64,000 nt of DNA, from NCBI GenBank assembly GCA_965243025.1, contig CBDETY010000003.1, positions 6,712,185 to 6,776,184 on the forward strand, in the 5' to 3' direction. The first letter of the stretch is position 1. Every line of letters starts with the position of its first letter. The DNA comes from Candidatus Latescibacterota bacterium (GTDB taxonomy: Bacteria; Latescibacterota; UBA2968; UBA8231). The notes below the pieces were generated by a model. The model had not been told where the DNA came from. It ran no database searches and saw only the letters and a program-made list of their open reading frames with translations. Positions 10,659-20,612 of this stretch are shown one piece after another. Made by a program: the position numbers and the translations under genes.

Positions 10659-12338
10659 TCAGTAACAGCGGTACGTTGCGATCAGTCTTTTCTCGACCGG
10701 GCGATGGCCGCCCCGCGGCCGGGTGCGCTCCAGCATATAGTAGATTTCGAAGAACAGCAATCGCTTCCCCCCGCTCCACGCCGCCTCGCCGAAGCGCTCC
10801 TTGTCCGCCCGTTCGTACACCCGGGTCAGGTAGCCGCTGAACAGCTTGCGGTGGCGGCTGCCCTCCTCCATCCAGAGGCGGTACAGGTACTTGCGCCATC
10901 TCGCGGAGGGGTAGGCGTCGACGACGGGGTCCGGCTTCTCCCAGGTCTTTCCGGTAACCGCGGCCGATTCGCCGGTGCGGAACCCCCCGCGGTTGTAGAG
11001 CTCCTCGACAGTGCCGTCGACGCGGGTGCCGATGATGACGAACCACCCGTCTTCAACCATGGGAGAGGGGGCGAACATTCCCCACGACTGTTTCAGCCGC
11101 AGGGCCTTCAGCGGCCCGTCGAGGGCGCGGTACCAGTCCCATTCGATCCAGTTGGGCTGCCGCGGCGGGTTCCGCGGGTCGTACCCGGGTGGTCTGCCCA
11201 ACAGGCCCATATCCTGCAGGCCGGAAACGAGATCCTCCTTGAAGAAGCTCCCCCGGTCGACGTCGAGCCGGTGCGCGGTCCCGACCGCGACGATGGCGAT
11301 CAGAAGCGCGCAGATCCACTGTTCCGCCCTGTTCCGCCAGGTCGGGCCGGCCAGGGGCTGCGAGGGCCGCATCCATTTTCCCGCCCGGGACAGGGTCGGG
11401 TGCCAGCCGGCGGCCAGGCGTCGGATGCGGTCGCCGGCGGACCGCAGCAGGGGTGCCTTCATGGACGGCAGCCACTCCCAGAAACAGGGCGGGATGAAGG
11501 CCAGCCAGAAGACGATGCTCGCGGCGCTGAAGGCGGCCAGGTTCAGGCAGATGCCGAAACCGGCGTGCAGCCCCGCCATCATTCCCGCGGCGAGCAGCCG
11601 CTGCCATCCCCGGGAGAGCGGCAGCACCAGCAGCAACGGACCGAGGAACTCGAACGCCATGGTCAGCCAGGTGAGAAGGGGCGGCAGCCAGGCGGCCTCC
11701 CTCAGCAGGATGCCGGCCGGCAGGGCGAACTGGTCGCTTTCGAGGGCCATGCCGACGGCGCGTCCCTGCCACCAGTCCGGATGCCATTTCAGCAGCAGGG
11801 TAGACCAGTAGAGAAAGCAGGTCTGCAGCACCAGGGCGGCGGTGCCGGCGGACAGCCACGGCGGGAGGCGGGAGCGGTCCCCGCCGGCGAGGGCGCTGTC
11901 GACGGACCAGCGGGCGCCGAGAGGCAGGAACAGGCTCCACAGCAGGAGGGTGCGCAGGAGCTGGTCGCCGCCGTGTCCGACGAATTCGTTGCGGTGTTGG
12001 ACGCTTACTACAAGAAGCCAGCAGAGGACGGCCGCCGGACGGGTGCGGTATCCGGCAAGCAGGCAGAGGGCCAGGGCGAGCTGGACCGCAAACAGCAGAA
12101 CCACGGCGCCGCTCTGGCCGGAAAAGGCGTGCAGGGTCCAGTCCCAGGGATCGGCGAACTCGGAGAACAGGACGCTGCGCGGCAGGATGCCGAAATCGCC
12201 GTAGAAGCTTTCGGCATCGCCGATGCGCTGGACCAGGTCGCAGGAAAGCACCACCCCGAGGCCCATTCGGAAGAGGGCGAGGGAACGGAGGTCGAGCCCG
12301 AAGACGGCGCGCAGGAACCGCTTCCCCGGCCCCTCCAT
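10659..12338 (-). CDS. HTTM-domain membrane protein
   Basis: FGLDLRSLALFR, RNEFVGHGGDQLLR, LPLGARWSVDS, QSWGMFAP, start at ATG 12338 or 12383. Confidence 0.82.
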   Translation of the reverse strand: MEGPGKRFLRAVFGLDLRSLALFRMGLGVVLSCDLVQRIGDAESFYGDFGILPRSVLFSEFADPWDWTLHAFSGQSGAVVLLFAVQLALALCLLAGYRTRPAAVLCWLLVVSVQHRNEFVGHGGDQLLRTLLLWSLFLPLGARWSVDSALAGGDRSRLPPWLSAGTAALVLQTCFLYWSTLLLKWHPDWWQGRAVGMALESDQFALPAGILLREAAWLPPLLTWLTMAFEFLGPLLLVLPLSRGWQRLLAAGMMAGLHAGFGICLNLAAFSAASIVFWLAFIPPCFWEWLPSMKAPLLRSAGDRIRRLAAGWHPTLSRAGKWMRPSQPLAGPTWRNRAEQWICALLIAIVAVGTAHRLDVDRGSFFKEDLVSGLQDMGLLGRPPGYDPRNPPRQPNWIEWDWYRALDGPLKALRLKQSWGMFAPSPMVEDGWFVIIGTRVDGTVEELYNRGGFRTGESAAVTGKTWEKPDPVVDAYPSARWRKYLYRLWMEEGSRHRKLFSGYLTRVYERADKERFGEAAWSGGKRLLFFEIYYMLERTRPRGGHRPVEKRLIATYRCY

Positions 12339-12496
12339 GGCACCCGGCCCGGCGCTTTCTTGACAGTCGGAAGCGGCCATCACACCATTCCAGCCAATCG
12401 GGGACCCTCGCGGGCGACGGCGGCCAGGCTTCCGGCAGGGCGCCGCCGCTCACTCCCTCGGGCCACCACGGTCGGTCACTTTCATCGGAGGAAGAA

Positions 12497-13150
12497 ATGG
12501 CACTTGCGGTCTACGATTTTCGCAACGAGGAAGATATCTGCCAGATGCTGGTCTGTCCCCCGATCCGCGCCCGTTTCCTGCGCATCGAACCCGGTGCGGT
12601 CCGCACGGATCAGCAGCACAGCCACGATCTCGGGCACGAGGTCTTCCTCATCCTGCAGGGCCGCTGCGAGTTCACCATCTCCGGGGAGACGGCGGTGCTC
12701 GAGCCGGGGCAGCTTTGCGTGGCCCTGGCAGACGAGCCGCACGCGGTCCGCGTCATCGGCGACGAGCCGGTGATCATGTACCTGTCGGTCACACCCCACG
12801 TGCAGCCGACCCACACCGGCCGCGAAGCCGACGGCAGCCGCCACCCCTTGAGTTTCTCACCAAATACCGCGTACGGCGTCGAGACCGACACGACCACTCC
12901 TGCGGCCGAGCTCGTCGACCGCTTCGTGGCCGCGACCGACGCCTGCGCGAGGATGCTGCGGGATGCCGCCGACAGGCAGGAAGAGGTGGCGGCGAACCTC
13001 AAGAACTCCCTGGCCGACGGCGACCACGAGCGGATGGAGCAGTGCCGCAACCAGATGTTCGAGGGGATCTACGACGGTTTCAGGCAGCTCTACGACCTGG
13101 GCGATCTCTGGAACACCCTCTCCCCGCGCATAAGCAACTTCGGAAAGTAG
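12497..13150 (+). CDS. cupin domain protein
   Basis: HSHDLGHEVFLILQG...PGQ...ADEPH cupin motifs, GGAGG RBS. Confidence 0.85.
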   Translation: MALAVYDFRNEEDICQMLVCPPIRARFLRIEPGAVRTDQQHSHDLGHEVFLILQGRCEFTISGETAVLEPGQLCVALADEPHAVRVIGDEPVIMYLSVTPHVQPTHTGREADGSRHPLSFSPNTAYGVETDTTTPAAELVDRFVAATDACARMLRDAADRQEEVAANLKNSLADGDHERMEQCRNQMFEGIYDGFRQLYDLGDLWNTLSPRISNFGK

Positions 13151-13160
13151 TCCGGGGAAA

Positions 13161-14432
13161 TCAGTCCTCCTCCAGGCCGTGGTACTCGTCGATCTCCGCC
13201 TGGTACTGGCGGACTTCTCCCGACAGCATCTCCTTCATGCTCACGGCGCGTCCGGCGAGGTCTGATTCGTAGGCCCCCATGATGGCCGCCATCGCCTTCA
13301 TGCCCCCTTCCCCGTCGACCTCGGGGGGGCGGCCGTCGATGATCGCCTCGCCGAAGTCGTGGTATTCAATCGCCAGGTGCTTGGCATCGACGAGAATCGC
13401 AGGAGAGATCCGGCTGCCGGTCGGCGGCTCGTACTGAACCCCGTCCCTGCCGAACAGGCGCACGGCGATCTCGTCGAGCTCGAAGCCGGGAAGCTCGGCC
13501 AGGATCTCCTTGCCCCGCAGTTCCCTGTCCTCGAGACGCAGCAGCACCGGTCCTCCGGTGCGTTCACCCTGCGGCGCGTAGATCGCGCCCCAGCGCCCGT
13601 GTATGCTGCGCTCCCAGCCGCGGCTGCCGCGGCCCCCGGCGAAGGACAGCTGCACCACCGCTCCCGACTCCATGGTGTAGCAGGCGATGACCGAATCCGC
13701 TCCCGTCGCTTGGATCGTCTCCGGGTACAGCTTGTTGCGCTCGCGGTGCGACGAGAGCGGATCGTTCTCGGCGTTCGGCCGTTTCCGCAGGGGCTCGACG
13801 ATAAGTCCCTTGCCGAAGATCAGGTCGTATTCCCCGAGGAAATACTGGAACAGGTCGGCGTAGTGGACCCCCATGTCCATGCCGATGGCGCCCATCACCT
13901 TGAGATGGCGCCAGGGGGTGGCCGCCATGGTGTCGCCGTGTCCGAGGGCGGTCTGGATCATGAGGTGCGGCTCGCCGATCAGGCCGTGATCGATGATTGC
14001 CCGGATAAGCCGCATGACCGGATCCCGCCGGTAGTTTTCCGCCGTGGCGAGGACGGCGTTGTTCTCGCGGGAGGCCTTGATCATCGCCTTGCATGCGCGC
14101 ACCGAGACACCGAGCGGTTTCTCGACGATGGCGTGCTTTCCCGCCTCGAGGGCGGCAACGGCTACCTTGTGATGCGAAGCGCCGTCGGTAACGACGTCGA
14201 CCGCGGCGATATCCGGGTGCGCGAGCGCTTTTTCCAGGTCGTCGAAGACCATCGGCTTCTCGCCCAGAAGCCCGGCGGCTTCATTGGCCACGAGCTCGGC
14301 CATGTCCCTGTTGATATCGCAAACAGCGACGACCTCGAGATTGCCTATCCCCGTGTTTTTGAGTTCCTTGTACCCCAGCATGTGGCGATGGCCCATGCCC
14401 CCGCATCCGACTACGCAAATCGGAATCTGCAT
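13161..14432 (-). CDS. Gfo/Idh/MocA family oxidoreductase
   Basis: VVGCGGMG, HAIVEKPL, AENYR, DMGVHYAD, GAGGAG RBS. Confidence 0.93.
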   Translation of the reverse strand: MQIPICVVGCGGMGHRHMLGYKELKNTGIGNLEVVAVCDINRDMAELVANEAAGLLGEKPMVFDDLEKALAHPDIAAVDVVTDGASHHKVAVAALEAGKHAIVEKPLGVSVRACKAMIKASRENNAVLATAENYRRDPVMRLIRAIIDHGLIGEPHLMIQTALGHGDTMAATPWRHLKVMGAIGMDMGVHYADLFQYFLGEYDLIFGKGLIVEPLRKRPNAENDPLSSHRERNKLYPETIQATGADSVIACYTMESGAVVQLSFAGGRGSRGWERSIHGRWGAIYAPQGERTGGPVLLRLEDRELRGKEILAELPGFELDEIAVRLFGRDGVQYEPPTGSRISPAILVDAKHLAIEYHDFGEAIIDGRPPEVDGEGGMKAMAAIMGAYESDLAGRAVSMKEMLSGEVRQYQAEIDEYHGLEED

Positions 14433-14434
14433 TT

Positions 14435-17400
14435 GTGATCTCCTCGATCTGGATTTCGCTGTGTGCGGTCGTCCTGTGGATCGTACCGGGATGCCAAGTC
14501 TCCGAGAAAAGTGCTCCCGACGGTCAGGTTAGGTCACAACCCCTCGTCGATCGCAGCGGCTCCCACCCGACCCTCTTTCGCAGACTCTCGCCTGAAGAGA
14601 GCGGCGTCGAGTTCACGAACGTTCTCGAGGCCGAAAACATGAGGAAATATCTGTACAACGGCGCCGGCGTCGCCATTGGCGACTACAACCGCGACGGCAG
14701 GCCCGACCTCTACCTGGTGAGCCTCGACGGTCCCAACCGCCTTTTCGAACAGCGTGGGGACATGCAGTTCGAAGACGTCACCGCCAGGGCGGGGGTCGAC
14801 GGCGGGGATGCCTGGGGGACCGGGGCCACCTTCACCGACGCCGACAACGACGGGAACCTCGATCTCTTCGTGTGCAATCTGGCTTCCCCGAACCTTCTCT
14901 ACATGAACCGGGGGGACGGCACCTTCGCGGAGACAGCCGAATCGGCCGGTGTCGATTACAAGGGGGGCAGCACCATGGGGGCCTTCGCCGATTACGACCG
15001 CGACGGCGATCTGGACCTGTACCTGCTGACCAACCGCGTCTTCTACATCGGGGCGGAGTTCCCCGAGGTCGAGCTGCGCCGGATCAACGGACAGCTGGCG
15101 GTACACCCCGATTACAGGAATCAATACATCGTTCTCCAGGGAAGGTATCTCGCCGAGGCGGGGGAGAGCGACATCCTGTACCGCAACAACGGCGACGGCA
15201 CCTTTTCGGACGTGAGCGAACAGGCGGGAATCGAGGAGAACGGGATGGGGCTTTCCGCCACCTGGTGGGACTACAACGGCGACGGCTGGCTGGACGTCTA
15301 CGTCGGCAACGACAAGAAGACCCCCGACTATCTCTTCCGCAACAATGGCGACGGCAGTTTCACTGACGTAATCGAGGCGGTCGTACCCCATACGCCCTGG
15401 TTCTCCATGGGGGCGGATTTCGCCGACATCAACAACGACGGCCTGTTCGACTTTCTCGTCGGCGACATGTCGAGCACCACGCACTTCAAACAGAAGACGA
15501 CGATGGGGGCGATGAGCAAGTCGGCCTGGTTCCTCGACAGCGCCGTGCCCAGGCAGTACATGCGCAACGCCCTCTACCTCAACACCGGCACCAACCGTTT
15601 CATGGAGGTGGCCTACCTCACCGGGCTGGCGAGCACCGACTGGACCTGGGCCGTCAGGTTCGCCGACCTGAACACCGACGGCCTCGCCGACGTTTTCATT
15701 ACCAACGGAACGGCGAAGAACTCGAACAACTCAGACCTGCTGGAGGAGTGGGAGGTCCTGTTCAGCTCGGGGCGCCTCGAGGAGGCCGAGGAGCTGGCCC
15801 TCAACCTGCCTCCCCTGCTCGAGGAGAACCTCGCCTTCGAGAACCTGGGGGATCTGCGGTTCGAGAACACAAGCGCCGAGTGGGGGCTGAATCTTTACGG
15901 CGTCAGTCAGGGAGCCGCCTTCGCCGATTTCGATCGCGACGGCGACCTCGACCTGGTCGTCAACAACCTCAACAGTCCGGTCGCCGTCTACAGGAATGAG
16001 GGTACCCGGGGGCACCGCGTGCTGATCCGGCTCGAAGGAGCGCAGAGCAACCGCCTCGGGGTCGGAGCGAAGGCGACCCTCGAAACAGGCGCCGGCATCC
16101 AGGTGGGGCAACTCAGCCTGGCGCGCGGCTACATGTCGGCGGACGAGCCGCTGCTCCACTTCGGACTGGGGGAATGGCCGCGCATCGAGCGGCTGACCGT
16201 CGAGTGGCCGAGCGGCGCCGTGCAGAGGTTCGAGGATCTCGCTGCGGACCGGATGTACACCATCAGCGAACCGCAGGGGCCGGACAGGGAAAACCAGTCG
16301 CCGCCGACACTCGCCGAAGCCCCCTCCGTCCGGCGCCCGCAGTTCGAGGACTTCACCTACCCCGGCAGGTTGAATTTCGTGCATTCTGAACAGCCGTACG
16401 ACGACTACGAACGCGAACCGCTGCTGCCGTACAAGCTGTCCCAGCTGGGTCCCGGGCTGGCCTGGGGGGATGCCGACGGAGACGGCGACGACGATCTCTA
16501 CGCCGGGGGGGCTGCCGGCCAGGCGGGGGGGCTGTTCCACAACGCCCGGGGCGAGTTCAGGAAGATGCGGAACGGCCCCTGGGACGAGGACAAGGCCTGC
16601 GAGGACATGGCGCCCCTGTGGTTCGACGCCGACGCCGACGGCGACCTGGACCTGTACGTCGTCAGCGGCGGCAACGAGGCCGCCCCCGGAGACGCGGTCT
16701 TCCAGGACCGGCTGTACCTCAACAGCGACGGGTCCGGTTCGTTCCAGCGGGCTCCCCGCGGGGCGCTGCCGGTTCTGACCGAAAGCGGAAGCGCGGCCGC
16801 GGCGAGCGACTTCGACCGGGACGGCGACCTGGACCTGTTCGTGGGCTCGCGCATGACTCCCGGGAAGTATCCGCTGACGCCGCGGAGCTTTCTGCTGCGG
16901 AACGAGGGGGGCCGGTTCCGCGACGCGACCGATTCGGCTGCCCCGGACCTGCGCCGCGTCGGCCTGGTTACCGGTGCGGTATGGTCGGACGCCACCGGAG
17001 ACGGCTGGACCGATCTCCTGGTCACCCTGGCGTGGAGCCCCATCCGCGTTTTCGGGAACAGGGGCGGCGAGCTCGTCGACGCGACCGAAGCGAGCGGGCT
17101 CCTGCCCTACTCGGGCTGGTGGAACGGCATCGCCGCCGGCGACATCGACAGCGACGGCGACCTCGACTACGTGGCGACCAACGCCGGCCGCAACACCAAG
17201 TATCACCCCACCGCGGATACCCCGGTTGCCATGTACGCCCGGGATTTCGACAACAGCGGAACCCTCGACCTCGTCGAGACGGAGTTCGAAGGGGAGACGG
17301 AGTTCCCCATCAGGGGGCTCAGCTGCAGTGCCGGCGCCATGCCCTTCGTCGGCGAGAAGTACCAGACCTACACGGACTTCGGAAAAGCCTCGATCGGCGA

Positions 17401-18103
17401 GATCTACACCGAGGAGGAACTGCAGAGGGCACGGCGCCTCGACCTCAACTTCCTGGACTCGGCGGCTCTGATAAATACCGGAGAGGGTGTCTTCGAAGTC
17501 CGTGCCCTCCCCAGGCTCGCCCAGGCATCGGCGGGCTTCGGGGTCGCCGTGACCGACCTCGACGCCGATGGCCACCTCGACGTGTACATGACCCAGAACT
17601 TCTTCAGCCCTCAGCGGGAAACCGGTCAATGGGACGGCGGACTGAGTCTGATGCTGCGGGGTGCGGGGGACGGCATGCTCACGCCGGCGTGGCCGACCGA
17701 GAGCGGTTTCGTGGTGCCCGGAGACGCCAAGGGAGGGGCGGTTGCGGATTTCGACGGCGACGGCTGGCCCGACGTCGCCGTGGCGATCAACGACGGCCAG
17801 CTCCGGATCTTCCGCAACACCGGGGTGACCGGCAACAAGCCGCTGACCGTGAGATTGAAAGGGCCTTCCGGCAATCCGACGGCGGTGGGGGCGCTGGTTA
17901 CGCTGACTACCCGGAGCGGACGGGTGCAGACCCAGGAAGTCCTTGCCGGGTCGGGCTACCTCTCGCAGTCGTCTTCGAGATTGTTCTTCGGTCTCGGAGA
18001 GAGCGATACTCCCGTCGAGATCCGGGTGCGCTGGTCCGACGGCAGCACCGCCCTCTACACCGAGAACCTCGACCGGCAGTCGATTCTTCTCGAATTCCTG
18101 TAA
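14435..18103 (+). CDS. FG-GAP/VCBS repeat protein with two ASPIC/UnbV domains (CRTAC1-like), probable lipoprotein
   Basis: many D-x-D/N-x-DG-x-x-D repeats, SNRLGVGA...GYMSADEPLLHFGLG and GYLSQSSSRLFFGLG, VPGC lipobox-like motif, start uncertain. Confidence 0.88.
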   Translation: MISSIWISLCAVVLWIVPGCQVSEKSAPDGQVRSQPLVDRSGSHPTLFRRLSPEESGVEFTNVLEAENMRKYLYNGAGVAIGDYNRDGRPDLYLVSLDGPNRLFEQRGDMQFEDVTARAGVDGGDAWGTGATFTDADNDGNLDLFVCNLASPNLLYMNRGDGTFAETAESAGVDYKGGSTMGAFADYDRDGDLDLYLLTNRVFYIGAEFPEVELRRINGQLAVHPDYRNQYIVLQGRYLAEAGESDILYRNNGDGTFSDVSEQAGIEENGMGLSATWWDYNGDGWLDVYVGNDKKTPDYLFRNNGDGSFTDVIEAVVPHTPWFSMGADFADINNDGLFDFLVGDMSSTTHFKQKTTMGAMSKSAWFLDSAVPRQYMRNALYLNTGTNRFMEVAYLTGLASTDWTWAVRFADLNTDGLADVFITNGTAKNSNNSDLLEEWEVLFSSGRLEEAEELALNLPPLLEENLAFENLGDLRFENTSAEWGLNLYGVSQGAAFADFDRDGDLDLVVNNLNSPVAVYRNEGTRGHRVLIRLEGAQSNRLGVGAKATLETGAGIQVGQLSLARGYMSADEPLLHFGLGEWPRIERLTVEWPSGAVQRFEDLAADRMYTISEPQGPDRENQSPPTLAEAPSVRRPQFEDFTYPGRLNFVHSEQPYDDYEREPLLPYKLSQLGPGLAWGDADGDGDDDLYAGGAAGQAGGLFHNARGEFRKMRNGPWDEDKACEDMAPLWFDADADGDLDLYVVSGGNEAAPGDAVFQDRLYLNSDGSGSFQRAPRGALPVLTESGSAAAASDFDRDGDLDLFVGSRMTPGKYPLTPRSFLLRNEGGRFRDATDSAAPDLRRVGLVTGAVWSDATGDGWTDLLVTLAWSPIRVFGNRGGELVDATEASGLLPYSGWWNGIAAGDIDSDGDLDYVATNAGRNTKYHPTADTPVAMYARDFDNSGTLDLVETEFEGETEFPIRGLSCSAGAMPFVGEKYQTYTDFGKASIGEIYTEEELQRARRLDLNFLDSAALINTGEGVFEVRALPRLAQASAGFGVAVTDLDADGHLDVYMTQNFFSPQRETGQWDGGLSLMLRGAGDGMLTPAWPTESGFVVPGDAKGGAVADFDGDGWPDVAVAINDGQLRIFRNTGVTGNKPLTVRLKGPSGNPTAVGALVTLTTRSGRVQTQEVLAGSGYLSQSSSRLFFGLGESDTPVEIRVRWSDGSTALYTENLDRQSILLEFL

Positions 18104-18198
18104 GGGCCCGGGGCAGGTTCCAGGCCCGGCGCGTTCCGTCATTCCGCTCGGCCGCCCCGGGGGCCGGGGGAGAGGAGGAGGTCTTGCGTCGGGCGGAT

Positions 18199-20529
18199 TC
18201 AGCGCAGGGTGTCTACGGCTGCCGCTGCCAGCCGCAGGGGTTCCAGTTCCAACCGGGTCCAGCTTCCCTCCCCCTCGACGATGCGGATCGCCTGATCGGC
18301 GGGAACGTCGACAAACGACTGCGTCCGGCCGCTGGCGGGCCAGAATATTTCGAGCCTTTCGATTTTCGTTGCGGCGCCCAGTCCGATGGTCTGTCGCAAG
18401 GGATTGCCCCCGAAGCTGCCGCCCGAGTTCACGTGCCGGTAGATCGACCGCTCCGCCCCTCCTTCGACGACCACGGCCCGGATCCTCGCCCCGATCGCCG
18501 CCCGGTTCGAGCGGGTGCCTGCGAGCTTCACCGCGATCCAGTGATTCCCGAAGCCGGGGTTCTCGTACAGGGCATCCCCGTACCTGTCCCCGGGAAAAGC
18601 TCCTCCCATCTGCTCGAAGACGTCCGAGTCGCCGTCGTTGTCCAGGTCGGCGAAGGCTATCGCGTGCCCCTTCTGCAGGTGGCCGAACCCGCCCGCCGTG
18701 GTCACGTCGAGGAAGCCGCGGCCCCTGTCGTTCAGGAACATCAGATTCGGCATGATGTTCCAGTAGTCCGGGTCGCCGGTGCCGAGGTAGAAATCGAGAT
18801 ACCCGTCGTTGTCGAGGTCTCCGAAGTTGGCCCCCATGGCCAGGATCGGCTGGGTGAGGTTGGATCGGGAGGCGACCTCCTGGAAGCCGCCCTCGCCATC
18901 CCCGCGGTACAGGCAGGAGTAGGCGACTCCTCCGGTCGGTTCGTCGAGGTAGTGGGCGGCCACGTGCGCGGACCGCCCGGTGTAGGTCGCCACGAAGATG
19001 TCGAGAGCTCCGTCGTTGTCGAAGTCCCAGAACCAGGCGGGCAAGCTCCAAATCGGCCAGGTCACGTCGAGCTCGGGCGCGACGTCGACGAAGGTCCCGT
19101 CCGCCCGGTTCCTGTAGAGCCGGTTGGTGCCCTTGAGATTTGAAACGTAGAGGTCGGAGAAGCCGTCGTCGTCGAAGTCCCCCCAGACGACCCCCTTGGA
19201 AAAGCCGTAGTTCTCGACGCCCGCGCTCGCCGCCACGTCGGTGAAGGTTTCGTCCCCGTCGTTGCGGAAGAGCTGGCACGGGGCCCGCAGCGAATCGGTG
19301 TGCTCGTTCCCGATGTAGAGGTCGAGGTCGCCATCGTTGTCGTAGTCGGCCCAGGATCCCGTCTGCGTCGGGTAGTGCACCTCGCCGAGGCCGGCGGCGA
19401 AGGTCACGTCGGCGAAATTCCCCCCGCCGTCGTTGCGCAGCAGGGAATTGGGATGGGCGCCGCGCGCGCGCCACCAGGCTCCACGCAGCACGAGGAGGTC
19501 GAGGTGGCCGTCGTTGTTGAAGTCGGTCTGGACGAGGTTCAGCCCCCCGAAGAGTCCGCGCAGCCCGGCCTCGTCGGTGCGGTCCCGGAAGGAGCCGTCC
19601 CGGTTGTTGCCGAAGAGGCGGAGCTGTCCCTTCGGGTCGTACGTCGACGCGGCGATGTCGAGGTATCCGTCCCCGTCGAAATCGTCGGCGACGGCGCCGC
19701 CGCAGAGGTTGAACGTGCTGAGCCCGAGGTTCGGGGCGATGTTCCAGAAACGGGGGAAATCGACGTCGGAGCCGAACGCCTCGGGTGGGATGAGGAAACG
19801 TTCGGGGACGCTGCCGGGATATTCGCCGAGGGTCATGTGGGCGACGTTCAGCAGCCACTGGGCGGATTTGTAGAGGTAGGCCCCCCCCGGGTCCTCCAGT
19901 ACCGCAGTCAGCGGTTCCAGGGCTTTTCGCGAGCCCTCTTCGATCGCGTGCAGCCCCCCGCCGCGGATCGGCAGAATGCAGCTGTCGCGGTTGTTGCGAA
20001 GACAGCAGTTCTGGGTCTCGCCGAGACGCACGTAGGCGACGCCGAGATGGAAATTCGTAATACTGCCCCAGGGCGGCTCCGGATCGGCCGCCGCAAGCAG
20101 TCCGCGGGAAATCTCGAGCTGCTCGATGGCGGTGCGCTCGTTGCCGAGACGGAGCTCCGCCAGTCCGGAGCCGAGGTGAAGGCGCCAGCGTTCACGCGGA
20201 CTGCTGCTGGAATCGAGTCCGGCGACCTCGCGTCGCAGTTCTTCGGCATCAGCCTTGCCGAGGTAGGGGTTGTCCCGGTCGGCGTTCCCGGCAATCTGGT
20301 CCAGCAGTTCCAGCATCCTGCGGTGTCCGGCCTCGCGGTCCTGCCGGGCGGCCGAGGGAGCGTCGCGGCCGGTATTCGACTCGCCCGGAGAATCCGGGTC
20401 GCAAGCGAGGAGGAAACAGCAGGCGAAGGCCGCTTGCCACGACGTCCGCGATCCGCCGGGACAGTCCCTCAGAACTGCGGCGAGGGAGGGCGGGGCGGCA
20501 TTATCCGGTTTTGCATTTTCCAGGTGCAT
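18199..20529 (-). CDS. CRTAC1/ASPIC-UnbV FG-GAP repeat protein with helical (TPR-like) N-terminus
   Basis: DFDNDG repeats, NCCLRNNRDSCILPI, GFGHLQKGH, SNRAAIGARI...GGSFGGNPLRQTIGLG. Confidence 0.88.
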   Translation of the reverse strand: MHLENAKPDNAAPPSLAAVLRDCPGGSRTSWQAAFACCFLLACDPDSPGESNTGRDAPSAARQDREAGHRRMLELLDQIAGNADRDNPYLGKADAEELRREVAGLDSSSSPRERWRLHLGSGLAELRLGNERTAIEQLEISRGLLAAADPEPPWGSITNFHLGVAYVRLGETQNCCLRNNRDSCILPIRGGGLHAIEEGSRKALEPLTAVLEDPGGAYLYKSAQWLLNVAHMTLGEYPGSVPERFLIPPEAFGSDVDFPRFWNIAPNLGLSTFNLCGGAVADDFDGDGYLDIAASTYDPKGQLRLFGNNRDGSFRDRTDEAGLRGLFGGLNLVQTDFNNDGHLDLLVLRGAWWRARGAHPNSLLRNDGGGNFADVTFAAGLGEVHYPTQTGSWADYDNDGDLDLYIGNEHTDSLRAPCQLFRNDGDETFTDVAASAGVENYGFSKGVVWGDFDDDGFSDLYVSNLKGTNRLYRNRADGTFVDVAPELDVTWPIWSLPAWFWDFDNDGALDIFVATYTGRSAHVAAHYLDEPTGGVAYSCLYRGDGEGGFQEVASRSNLTQPILAMGANFGDLDNDGYLDFYLGTGDPDYWNIMPNLMFLNDRGRGFLDVTTAGGFGHLQKGHAIAFADLDNDGDSDVFEQMGGAFPGDRYGDALYENPGFGNHWIAVKLAGTRSNRAAIGARIRAVVVEGGAERSIYRHVNSGGSFGGNPLRQTIGLGAATKIERLEIFWPASGRTQSFVDVPADQAIRIVEGEGSWTRLELEPLRLAAAAVDTLR

Positions 20530-20612
20530 TGAGCCCGAAAAAGCATTATTTATATAGGACTTTGCAACCCGGGCTGACGCCGGGTTGCTTTTGGCGACTC
20601 TTCATAACCTCC

